NCBI GenBank assembly: GCA_002633005.1
Contig: NMRA01000201.1
Location: 513,739-577,738, forward strand
Direction: 5' to 3'
Source of the DNA: Phoronis australis
Taxonomy: Eukaryota; Animalia; Phoronida
DNA length: 64,000 nt
Shown one piece after another: positions 53,249 through 64,000 of the stretch (position 1 is its first letter; the number at the start of each line of letters is the position of its first letter). The translations under genes were made by a program, and so were the position numbers. The notes below the pieces were generated by a model. That model saw only the letters and a list, made by a program, of their open reading frames with translations, made no database searches and had not been told where the DNA came from.

Positions 53249-53349
53249 TTCCCCCCGGAAGCATGGCATATGCTTTACAATTACAAATACTAAATAATCA
53301 AATACAATCGATCACATAAATGTACGACTTAACAAAATCATTGGTCCTC

Positions 53350-56300
53350 CATGGGCAGCAGTACCACAGTCTTGTGAACTGGTCGCTTCAATGTCCCGTT
53401 CAGCGTCTTGACCTCGAGGCGGCGTACACGACCACGATCATCTGGATGTACACAAGACACTCGGCCCATCAACTACTTATTACGAGGTAGGTTGTCGTCC
53501 TTGATGAGAACTACGTCACCAATACTTGCATTACGCTTCGGCGAAGTCCACTTGGAGCGAGCTTGCAAGGATAGCAGGAATTCGTTTCTCCATCGTCTCC
53601 AGATGAGGTCCACTAAAAACTGAACACGACGCCATCTCTTTCGCATATAAACATCCTGAAGCTGAGGAAACTGGCCCGGGGGAGGCAGGATAACTGATGA
53701 CCTCAGGGTTAAGATATTGCTTGGCGACAATGGCTTCAAATCATCTGCGTCCGTCGTCATTGGAGTAAGAGGGCGTGAATTGACCATGGCTTCCACTTCG
53801 CAGAACAAAGTACGCAGCGATTCGTCATCCAGACAGCTACCTGCATCCTGTCGTATAACCTCTTCTTCCTTGTCCACTAAAGGGAGGCAGTTGTCCACCG
53901 TTCTGATCTGCCTTTCCCAGGCGCCTCCCATGTGGCTGGATGTGGGAGGGTTGAACTTCCGGTCAATGTCCATCTGGAGCAAAGTTCGCTGAACTGCCGC
54001 ATAATCAATTTATGCAATGGTCTCTTTCACTTCCCTGTACGCACCTACAAAATTTGTCTCGTTATCAGGCTTGCTTGGATGATAAACACAGTCATGAGGA
54101 AGATACCAGCAGCGGCCTTCGGGTGTTTGAAGCTTTTCTGTGGGAACCCTTTTGGTGTAACCCTTCTCAACAATGACTTCTACGAATGCGACGTAGTCAT
54201 CCCTATATCTTGAATTTCGCGGCATCTTCTTCTGCCAGTTTGCACGTGTCACGGCTTGCTGTCTGTTGTCTGGAAATATGGCGTTCTGGTCACGAAAAGG
54301 GAGTGGAATAACGTAGTGGCCATCCGTCATAGTCGTTCCACTATCCACCATATTCAGGAACGCACGATACTCCACAGACAATCCACGTTCGTCAGTCACA
54401 GCACTGGGGTTATCTCTGAAATCAAAGTCAAGGCGACTGATTACAGCATTAGGATTCAAAACTTCTTGATGACCTTCCTGGACTGTTATGTGACAACACG
54501 ATACAGTATTAGACATTGATGCAGAGCAGGGTCCATTAATGGTCCAGCCATGCCGTAACAAAACTGCGAAGGGACCGTCTTGTTGCGAGGGCACGACACG
54601 TAATGGTTCAAGTGCACGTGGACAGTTGCTACCAATAAGCAAGTCGATGGTAAGAATGGGTTGATATCTATGGATCAGTTCAGATACTTCAGACATACCT
54701 GGAATCTTGCGCAAAACATTTGGCTGGGGAATTTGTCGATGGTCCACTGGTATGTCACACCTCGTGTACGTCTTCGGTAGGTTAAGGGGATTACCTTTGT
54801 TCCAGTCGGAAACAACGAGCCCTTCTACTGCCCTGGAGTCGATCTCCGAACTTCGATGCATGGTGCTAAGCTGTAATGCTAATGGGGTCGATGGCACCTC
54901 CAGTCGCTCCAGTAGTCTTTCTGTAATAAACGTTGCCGTACTACCTGGGTCGTAGAGTGCGTAGGTGTCCATCACAACACTTCCAGTCTCATGATGCACC
55001 TTCACAGGGAGTATAGCCTGAAAAACACATTTGTCATCATTTACCAAACAACAGTGCTCACCAGCCAACTTCACAGTTGTTGACTCTTGGTCTCCAGATG
55101 CGTAAGAGTCGTCGTGAAGGCACGTGGGGTGTCGCTTACTGCACTTACTACAAGTCTTCCTATTTCGACAGCCTTTAAACACATGATTTCTGCCAAGGCA
55201 TCCGTAGCACAAATTCTGATCCTTGACGAATTCTTTCTCTCTGATATTGGCTTCTGAAGCAGTGTCTTGCAATCCTCTAGTCGATGAGACTGTTTGCAGA
55301 ACAAACAAGAGGGGTTACAACTCACATCGGATTTCGTAACAAACAAAGATGCACGTTGTTTTTTCTCCAGGGCTGTCTTCTTTGGGTGGTCCTCTGCAAG
55401 TGCGTCTCGTCCAAACACCGGGTCATTGTTGGCTTGAGACGTACGTTGAATGAACATCACCAAATCGCTGAAAACTGGGATAGCGCATGAGCTCCGCAGC
55501 ACAGCTACCCTGTCCCTCCATTTGTTTTGCATATACGCAGGAAGTTTCCGTACCACTGTCTGCATATTTGGAGGATGGTCCAATACCTCTAAGTGCGGTA
55601 TACCTCTCATGGCGTGGCGGCATTTTTGTAGGAAACAGCACAGTCGTTTCAAGCGTTATCCATCGTCTTGCTTGATAATGGGCCATGATGTAAGCCGTTC
55701 AATGTACGCAGCAGCTATGCGATAATGGTCACCATACTCTTCCTGTAGTAGTTGCCTCGCGGTGGCATAACCTGTGTGAGATTCCATATATAAACAACCA
55801 CCGATAAGATCTTTGGTCTCACCTGTCAAGTGCTGGTCCAAGTAATAGAGCAGGTCAGAATAAGAAGTTACTTTACTTGCTATGCGAGCGTCAAACGACA
55901 TGATGAAAGCTTGGTACTCTAACACGTTTCCGCAGAAGGTGGGGACCTCAGTATTTGGCAACGCTAGTGAAGAAGCCAGTTGCTTACAGGTAGCAAGAAC
56001 GTCCTGTCTTTGAATATCAGACCTATTCACAAACTGATTTGGAACTGTGGGGAGAAACACCGGTGCCGATGGATTCGGATTATGGCTGCCATTGTATGAG
56101 CAATAAACAGGATCTGGTAGTGTACCCGGATGAAAAGTGATACCATGTGGTGCAGTAATAGGTGCCCGTATAGGCGGAGGAGCGTAAACACTACTGACCT
56201 GCATTGGTGCTGGCGGGGCTGTACGGCTGGTAGGAGGCGTTTGCACCGATATAGGAAACGGAACCGCTGTCGCTGTCTCCGAAGCCGGAAGTCTGACAAA

Positions 56301-56988
56301 TGACGTAGTAATAGGCATGGTCGATGAACTAGCTGGTAATGGCATTGTCGTTGGACGCACACAAGGCATCGCTGATATCGAGGTAGACTGCGTTCTAAGT
56401 GGCATAAACACCGGAGAATAATGGGCACCTGTTGTCGTGGACGCCGGCAGGGAGTGGACAGCAGATGGCACAGACACTTGCTCGGAACTGACAAACGCTG
56501 GCTCAACCAGCTGCATAGAGTTGATGTATTGTGATCCGGAATGCACCACTTCGTGTGCGACAGGTAGCTCAGGCGTCGGTGTGGAATGGGTGACCTGTGG
56601 CGAAGTCTCTATGACAGAATTGACATCGTGTGGCACAGTTGTTTACGAATCATGAACAATAGGTGGCATAAACGTCGACGATTGCACGGGTGATGACGCC
56701 ATTTCAAACATAGGTTTTGTACCAAAACTAGTGTCCAGTTCGTCCAGCACTTCTTGTCTGGCTTGTGTTGCTTTAATTTCAGTCGTTAACTGTAGCTCCT
56801 TGGCTCTAGCTTCCAAAAATAACTGTTCCTGTTTAATTTTGAATTCTTCTTTTAGAGCTTCCCTACTAGCTAACAGTTCTGCTTTTTTGGCTCTGTCCGA
56901 TATTGATGCCGAAGATTTCTGGGACACTGAAGACAGGGAATCATAGTCGGTTTCTTCGGTATTCGCTGCCTCAGCCATCTCCAATAAC
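53350..56988 (-). pseudogene. Disrupted BEL/Pao gag-pol polyprotein
   Basis: Gag (VPTFCGNVLEYQAF...LLYYLDQHLTGE), three Cys/His knuckles (CLFCKQSHRLEDC, CYGCLGRNHVFKGC, CSKCSKRHPTCLH), protease YALYDPGSTATFI, RT start WYLPHDCVYHPSKP fused to integrase DNETNFVGA, then SHMGGAWERQIRTV and RKRWRRVQ...GDVVLI. Several stops and frameshifts. Confidence 0.9.
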
Positions 56989-56989
56989 C

Positions 56990-57568
56990 ATTAGTGTGGG
57001 CGATAGAATAACGCGTCAGCTTCGTTTAAAACGTTTTATCCTTGAAGAGACGGTTATCTGCAAACGATAAATACAGTTTGTCAAACAACGGAACCAAACA
57101 ATATTCTCAAAACGTTACACAATAGTCAGTACGGCTAGCACACGGGACTCGAACCCGCATAAGACAAAACCATCACAAAGCAGCCGTTACAGTTCAACAA
57201 TTAAACACTAGTCCTACAATGTCCAACAGACCTACATGAATAGACTAAACGTAAAGCCTTAACAGAATTACATGTACTTACTGGAGTTTTCTGCGTGGCC
57301 CAGCTAATAATCTCTCTACTGCATCACAACATGTTGAAAACAATATTCGAAATGAGCGCTGTAAATGACTGCTGAGGCTAAAAACCATCAAAACTGCACA
57401 GTGATTAGTTGTATTACAATGGTAGCATCTATTTAGCCAATAAACAATTACCTAGGAGCGGGGTAGACAGCAATTACAATGCACTCTGGAAACGCCCTAA
57501 GGTGTACATACAACGCCTCTAGTGGACATAAAGATCCTGAACAAAAGACTAATGCTCCTGCATTAACA
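56990..57568 (-). repeat. 5' LTR of the BEL/Pao element
   Basis: Direct repeat of 52666-53248; directly abuts gag coding sequence. Confidence 0.9.
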
Positions 57569-58317
57569 CTCAGCATACACACAATTGATGTCTAAACGAA
57601 GACTGGACGCAGTACTGGGGAGGGTAAGATTGCTCTTGGTAGGGCTTTATTAACTTCAACAACAGTGTTCAGTCTTAGGATTAGGGTTCTAGTGGCCAAC
57701 GTGAAAACATACCACAGCAATATACATGTATGTTTTATGTGTATTTTAATATCCAACAATTTTAAAGCGGCTACAAACCTTGTTTTCCGTCACAGAAACT
57801 CTTGATCTAGACCAAGTACTGCCATAAAAATTACATCGACTAATTACTGACTCACATGAGAAGTACCTATGGGAGCTTAGGAAAATAATACCACGATTAT
57901 TTCAAACCATAGTCGCTGCAGAAAGTGACTAGGCGTGACAAGCCAATGTTCTCACCCTGGTCTAAAATTACAGTTATTTAGTTACATGCAAGCTAAAACT
58001 ACCTCTAAACTGATTAAGACCAATTTTCAACGGTTTTCGATATAAATCGAAAGTTAACTTTTGTGAAGCATGTCTGATTTATAGCTGTTTTAACTTGAAC
58101 CAAGTGTACCAAACATTGCTTATGTAGACGTATACATCAATATACTGTAGGACAATTTCTTCTCACGCCATCATTTCGTTTCGGTTGACAGGTTTTCGGG
58201 GAATGAGCATGAATTAATGGTTTTATACTTGAGGCAACACGATTTGGGGTCACATCATTCGCATCGTTCAACTGGTTAGGCATCTACCACGCAGGGTTGA
58301 CAAGAGTTGCACCTATA

Positions 58318-58403
58318 ATGCCAGTCGTATTCAAAAGAATGTCTTCTCTTCTGCAACTGCTAATTTTTACTTCATGGTTTGCTTTCATTCAATGTCTTAC
58401 GGG
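58318..58403 (+). CDS. Paralog 2, exon 1: signal peptide MPVVFKRMSSLLQLLIFTSWFAFIQCLT(G)
   Basis: Same length (86 nt), frame and GG|GTAAGT donor as 3779-3864. Confidence 0.8.
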
Positions 58404-58794
58404 GTAAGTTTAAAAGTAAATATCGGCATTCCTCTTGTAACACCGTAGACTTGCAATAATTTCAAATTTTGCTTCAGTTCATTTATTCCGGTATCGATTT
58501 GATATTGCAAATACTCCATGGAGGCAAGGTTCTTGGAAGCGAGCAGCTTGTGCTCTCAAACAATTTCTGTTTCGAAACTGTGGCGACGGCCACAGGCGCG
58601 GGTTGTGGGCAGTCGTGAAAATAAAGAGACAGCGAAACATGTAGAAGAGAGAAAATTTACTTAGACTATCATCTGTCAAATGCCAGCGATAGATATATAC
58701 CCTTTGGGAGCAAATTTCGGAGATTTTTGCTTGGGGATACCCAGTTTTTGCAGCCTATCTCGTCTAGACGCACTTGAAAACAACTACTTTTAAA

Positions 58795-59310
58795 TGGTAC
58801 ACCGGCGTTTTTAGAGTCATTCTTGGTTTAATTACGACTGTTTTTGATTATCCTAGCGAAATGCTCAAGTTAATTAAAACATAACTGTTCTAATTAATTA
58901 TGTATGCATCACACAAGAAGAGACGTTCGTGGCCCTAGTCATACCCGCCAGCTTTGTTTACATGTGTATTCAGTGTGCCTGATGTATGTTGTATACCAAG
59001 ATAAAAGCATCAAGAATTAGAAGTATAGAAGTTACGTTTCACCGTTTTTCACTGGATGACAAAGTCTGTGGTGTCAAGAATGCAACGTCATCCGTTCACG
59101 CCGAGGAAAACCACCATATTCGTGGCAAACATTTCTGACCGTCGGATTACGAATAGGGCATGTAAGCAGATATCATGAAGGTACGTGCTAAACATGCTTT
59201 AAAGAAGGATGCCACCGACACCGGTACATACTTTTCTGATTCGTTGCCCAACCGCTAGCAGTGTTTTTGATTTTCGAAAGTCGCGAGCTGTATGAAACCA
59301 CTGACTGTAA
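58795..59310 (+). mobile_element. THAP-bearing DNA transposon relic in intron 1 of paralog 2 (approximate ends)
   Basis: Absent at the aligned position (about 4250-4262) of paralog 1; decayed VPDVCCIP...VTFHRF...HIRGKHF*PSDYE...LKKDA at about 58970-59215. Confidence 0.55.
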
Positions 59311-60167
59311 ATCCTCAAAGCCAAGGAGTTGGTGTCAATTGTTTTTACAGTCCAGCCACCAGTACAGTTTCACCATGTACATGTACGTGATTCGTGTACA
59401 TGAGGCCGCCGATTCTAGACATTTACCGTCCATTGCTCTCCAAACAATGTGGCTAAATCTCACTCAGTTGACTTACATGTATACATCACCCAAGTGCTGT
59501 CTCAGAATAATAGTAATGGCGAATAGGGGCCTTTTTACAGATTTTTGGAACATAATATACAATCGTAGACCAAATGAAACTGGCGGGAACTGATTGTGGG
59601 TGCGGACGTCACTGCCGGTGTTACGCATATAGAGGCGCATAAGTAGGACATCATCCCTCTTGCAAGTATTCCCCAGAAGGCACCCCCTCCCCCAATTTAA
59701 CATCCCAACCAACAAAGGCAATACCTATAAGGCACCATGTCTCGATCTCTGCATATCATACTATAGCAGTGCTCCCAACTACACACACACACACACACAC
59801 AAACACAAACACGCACTAACACAATAACACGCACGCGCACACACACGCACACAATCGCACACAAGCCCACACCCGCCACACAGATCTGAACGTATTCTCG
59901 CTCGCAGTCAGCACAAAAAGCGGACGCCTCAAAATATAATTCCCCTCTCATTTCCAACGTGGCACCGTATAGCTTCTTTGTGCTATCTGAACACATTTAT
60001 GCGTCAAGATTTATAAAACATAAAGCCAATTAGTACAAAATAGCACGAAAACATCACGTTTATAAAATTTATGTCCCTTGTTTGTCCGTCCACGGTTCTT
60101 ATCAGTTTAAATCAAGTAAGCATTATAATTCTTAGGAATTGGTGTAGCATGTTGTGTCTATTTGCAG

Positions 60168-60281
60168 ACCTACAGGCAGTGTTTGCTGGTATTATACTAA
60201 AGCAGCTTTTCAACAAAGTTACAGTGAGAAATACTACACCAGTTGTGGGTTTTTCGGTTGGGATCGCTGCTCAAGATTCAG
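60168..60281 (+). CDS. Paralog 2, exon 2: EMI-like N-half (GPTGSVCWYYTKAAFQQSYSEKYYTSCGFFGWDRCSRFR)
   Basis: Same length (114 nt) and splice sites as 5071-5184, no stops. The rest of the gene is expected beyond the window. Confidence 0.8.
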
Positions 60282-60829
60282 GTAAGTGGTTTTGCAGGTG
60301 CATTTAATCATTGAACCAATTTGTTATTCTTTACATATGGAAGGATTTCGTCCAGGCATTAANTTATTTTGGTAGAAAAAAATATCTCACTTTAAATAGT
60401 TAGGAACTTCTTTCTAATAAAAGCCTTTTGAAATTCCACACTTACTACCCATTTCCCTATTGGAATACATGGGAATATTGGATGTGCTGTAATCCATACA
60501 AAAACATTTTTTTTGATTTTTAAAATAACTTTTTATTTTATTGTTTGGTATCCTTAATAAAACCCCATTGACAAAATCCATGAATTTTAACATGCCTCCG
60601 CCGACCTCTGCAGGTTTTCTCAGATAATGCCTCTTAAACATGTTTTTTAAATCTAAACAAATTAAAATTTCTTTAGATTTAAAAATATGATGCAAAAAAA
60701 TATTGAGCCCGTAATAAATTAACACTTTTGGAACAAAAGCATTGCAGTATGATGTTATGTTTTAACATCACGACTTTCACTGACGTTTTCTCGCTTTTGC
60801 AACATGCAGTTAAAGCCCTGTACACTGAC

Positions 60830-61985
60830 ACGATTGGATTGATGGGTTGGTCCTGTTTTGCACCCGACTCATTTCGAGACCTGCTCTCAGTGACTAAACT
60901 AGGTCATAAGGATAGTAACCAGTGCAGCTAGACCCACTCCGGTAGACAATCTCCAATACTGGTTAAGTATCAATAGCACCCGTACTAAACAGGAGACACT
61001 AGCAGTCCAAGCATTTCTAAAGGCAGCTACAACTAACTCTCATCCTCTGTACCTGGACTTGAGAGAGCATAGTGATGAGCACACTGTACAGAGGCTGAAA
61101 ACTGTTCAATCATGGGTTATCGGAGCTAGGGAGCTTGTCGAAGAGGTATGTCCAGTGAAGAACATCAACAGCATGGAGTGGTCCAAAGCCACAAACTTTG
61201 TCATCAACACCATGGAGATTGGAGGCCGTCATTGGCGGGAAAGAGCTGACTGTATCAACCAAGGAACTGTATCGGAATGGCTTGAAGAACAATTTCCCAC
61301 AATCATTGTTGCAACGGACGGCCCACTAAGAGATGACACTACGGCTTGGGCAGCAGTCGCTTGGACTCGCGAGGGTCAACGCCTCTTCGAATGGTCAACA
61401 GCACGGGTTGGAAAATCCTCGTCTTTTAGAGCTGAATGTGAAGCATATGATGACGCCCTAGTCTAGCTCTCATAGAACACAACACCTGCAGACAGATCAT
61501 TTGTACTTACAGAATCCCTCATCCTCATTAGCAGGCTAAAAACTGGTCATGTGAAAGATTCCTGGATTCCTCTGTTCAGCTCTGTTAATGGTCTCTCCAT
61601 CAGTGTTTAAATACCAGGACGCTGTGGCATCTCATTCAACGTCAAGGCGGATGAGCTTGCAGGCATCGCAGAACAGATTGCCAACCTGCTCCTCACACCA
61701 GCAAAATTGTAAACTCCAGAGTGCATGAATCGCTTACAGATGCCGAGATTGTACAACAGCAGGAGAGATGCGCAACAAAGCGCCTCATAGAGCGAGGATG
61801 GCAATACGGAGATGCAGCAAAAACTCGTATCAGGGGAAAAGATCGAAGAGTGTGTAACCAGCACGAACTTGGTTGCATCTCCAAATTTACATTGCGTGCG
61901 ATACTAGAAGGAGGAGGGCCAGAGACTATCCCGGTGTCTACCCTCTGACGTCACCACAGAAACAGAAACAGAAACAGAAACAGAC
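60830..61985 (+). mobile_element. 5'-truncated non-LTR retrotransposon with RNase H (Ingi/I-group-like), decayed
   Basis: IVATDG...SSFRAECEA...VLTES...IPGRCGISFNVKADELA gives the RNase H motifs, with in-frame stops; (CAGAAA)n tail at about 61957-61985; similarity to paralog 1 resumes right after it. Confidence 0.75.
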
Positions 61986-62159
61986 TAAACCAAAAAGCGC
62001 CCTCTCAGTTTCAGCCACTGTATTGTGCTTTTTGGAAAAGCTGCATACTGTAACAAATGATGCCCACGACAATTCTTAAAAAGTCCACGGAGTTTGGTTA
62101 AGCCCATACACATGTTATTGTCGAAATTTCTCCAACAATGGGTAGCATTTGCCTGTCCG

Positions 62160-62161
<2 letters not shown>

Positions 62162-62194
<33 letters not shown>

Positions 62195-62393
62195 ATAAAT
62201 GACATTATTCGCAATCCTCCTCTTGTTTTACCCTGCGTACCCCGGGCAAAATAGATTACGATAAATATGTGTATATGTATGTAGGTATGTATATAAGTAT
62301 GTAGGCCTATGTATGTATGTATGTATGAATGTATGTAAATATGTAGGCCTATGTATGTATGTATGTATGTATTTATGTATGTATGTATGTATG

Positions 62394-62426
<33 letters not shown>

Positions 62427-62440
62427 CTATACTTATATAT
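62162..62440. repeat. (TA)n and (TATG)n microsatellites
   Basis: (TA)n at about 62164-62190 and degenerate (TATG)n at about 62265-62440. Confidence 0.95.
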
Positions 62441-63181
62441 ATTTATCATGCATAGTTTGAGTGACTTCTTAAGTTTTAGCAATAAATATTTAGAGCTCCA
62501 AGAAAGGATAAGGGTAATGTTTCGTAAAGGGTATCCTGGAAATTAAGGGTCTGTGACTCTATAATTATGTGCACTTGAATGCAATGGTAGCTTCAAGGGC
62601 CTACTTTTGTATTCTTACATTTCTCCATGCGACACTTGATTGGTCGCCCGCCCATATTTCCTTTGTTCAGTTCAACGTGGTCTCTCTCATTCAGCCACCA
62701 ACCTCGTGGTCTACAAGACCTACGTTCGTTCTCTGCATTTTTCCCCACCCCCCATCCCGGGTGTCGGTTCCACTTTCTCTTTTCTCATGTACATTTCCTG
62801 TTAGGTGTATTCAATTTTTGTGTTCATGTTCTGTATTTTTCCTTTAAAGGCGAAGGCAACCCTTTTCCATGTCATTTTGAGCTAAAATAAGGTTGGTTGG
62901 TTATCCTAGACATATTTTCCACTTAATTAAAGCTTTTCGTAATTTCATAAATTACTCGTCCGCTACTCCGGAAGTGACGTTTTAGGAGGCAAGCGTTTCC
63001 CGCCACTTGGTTTTGCGTTGACTTAACCGTACGAATCTGTTCTATTCTACTTATGTTTTGTGCTGTTTTTCAACAATTGTCGCCACCAGTTTCCATCGGC
63101 GAGTATTCTGTGGCAAGATAGGTTAGTAGAGAACTCAACTACGTTGGATTTAGGGATTGTTTAGTGTGTTGTAAGGTGAAA

Positions 63182-63480
63182 ATGGCTGGAGTCGGTGACC
63201 CGTATCACAGTGACAGTAGTGTGAGTGACGGAGACCTTGTTCAAAGCAGTGATGACGAGGAATTTTTTCACGGACATTCAGTGGGTGGGTACATGTTTGA
63301 GCCCGAGTATAACGAGGCAGAGTACGCACAGGCACAGGCAGCTGTTGAGAGAAACGAGGCGGCTACTGAGGACAGACGTGGTGACACATCTTTGTGCAAA
63401 TGCACTGTGTGCGTTGTTATGCCTACCTCAATGGAATGCTTGTGCTGTTCAGAGTTCGACGAGGCCAAGTCACTACTGGA
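63182..63480 (+). pseudogene. KolX N-terminal part (P2X7 ballast-like Zn-binding Cys cluster)
   Basis: MAG...acidic tract...GYMFEPEY...LCKCTVCVVMPTSMECLCCSE (CxCxxCxxMxxxxECxCC); truncated at the deletion junction. Confidence 0.7.
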
Positions 63481-64000
63481 CATGGTTAAGTGGACCTCCA
63501 GCATACCACGGACAGAGGAACAACTGTCCCACTTGCCAGAGTGTCCCGCGACACACTCCCACTGGATGGTGACCTGAGCACCCAAACTGCTTACATCGTG
63601 TCTTGTGACTCCCTCGCCACACACCTGGCACCTTCTAAATAGCTCAAATACTTTAGACAAGTCCACAATAAACTTATCAAAGTTTGGCTCACCGATCTGT
63701 TCACTGGACGACGAACTGTCCTCTTCACTGGGAGTCGAACTGAGCCTGTAATCACTCCCACTACTCAATATCGCTGCAGGGCTGCTTAGAGGCTCTGGGA
63801 TGGAGAAAACAGCACAGGGCGAATCACTACTGGTTCCAGGAATTGCACGCTCTGGGGTACGTTCGGAGGCACGGGTGACAGTAGATGAAGTGCCTCCACT
63901 GGCTCCAGTCACTGTACTGGCCACAGCTCGCGAGGCTTCTCGCTTCAAAAACGCACTTCTCGGGGGTGGCGACGGGGCACTGCCGGGAATCAACACAGAC
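63470..64000 (-). pseudogene. Kolobok transposase, central fragment
   Basis: Ser/acidic linker, then KFIVDLSKVFELFRRCQVC...GAQVTIQWECVAGHSGKWDS...MLEVHLTMSSS, matching the KFIV...LFxxCxxC...CxxGHxxxWxS pattern; the catalytic core is missing. Confidence 0.65.

Larger units (their letters stand above)
52666..57568 (-). mobile_element. Non-autonomous BEL/Pao LTR retrotransposon
   Basis: Two ~580-bp LTRs; 5-bp TSD CTCAG (52661-52665 and 57569-57573); polypurine tract GGGGGGAA next to the 3' LTR; gag-protease-partial RT-partial integrase on the minus strand; empty site gagtaaagctcaacgtacac at about 3023-3042 in paralog 1. Confidence 0.92.
52245..62060 (+). repeat. Tandem duplication unit, copy 2 (interrupted by BEL, THAP-relic and LINE insertions)
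   Basis: Aligns with 2600-7420 once 52666-57568, about 58795-59310, about 60363-60722 and about 60830-61985 are removed. Confidence 0.85.
62848..64000. mobile_element. Internally deleted Kolobok transposon (second family), running off the window end
   Basis: TTAA|AGGCGAAGGCAACC terminus at 62844-62861; KolX 5' part on + and transposase part on -, joined at about 63470. Confidence 0.7.

Noticed and set aside
53408-56946. Several short + strand ORFs and alternative-frame ORFs within the BEL element
   Set aside because: Antisense or out-of-frame shadows of gag-pol.
63164-63577. Host P2X7 purinoceptor gene
   Set aside because: No channel or ectodomain sequence; it lies next to a TTAA|AGG terminus and is convergent with a Kolobok transposase fragment, so it is KolX.

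Overview
AT-rich animal genomic DNA, probably a marine invertebrate (inferred from GT-AG introns, microsatellites, assembly gaps and the transposon families present). The main feature is one + strand gene that I reconstructed by hand: 21 coding exons (3779-46287), all GT-AG and phase-consistent, giving a 10,281-nt CDS of about 3,426 aa. Its architecture is signal peptide - EMI-like domain - EGF/Cys-rich modules - unknown domain - WSC domain - about 20 FN3/Ig-like 'VD.TPP...W.GF.D.ESG' repeats, with no evident transmembrane segment. A tandem paralog begins at 58318; its first two coding exons are in the window, and its flanks align with about 2600-7420. Introns and intergenic DNA hold layered transposon relics: Kolobok deletion derivatives (THAP/transposase plus KolX, TTAA), an ISL2EU-like element (THAP plus SAP-YqaJ), a non-autonomous BEL/Pao LTR element, a 5'-truncated RNase H-bearing LINE and a Sola1-like MITE. 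Comparing duplicated segments shows repeated, exact 6-bp CATGTA insertions at TA sites, which would explain the many TACATGTA octamers as transposon excision footprints. All alignments and counts were done by eye.
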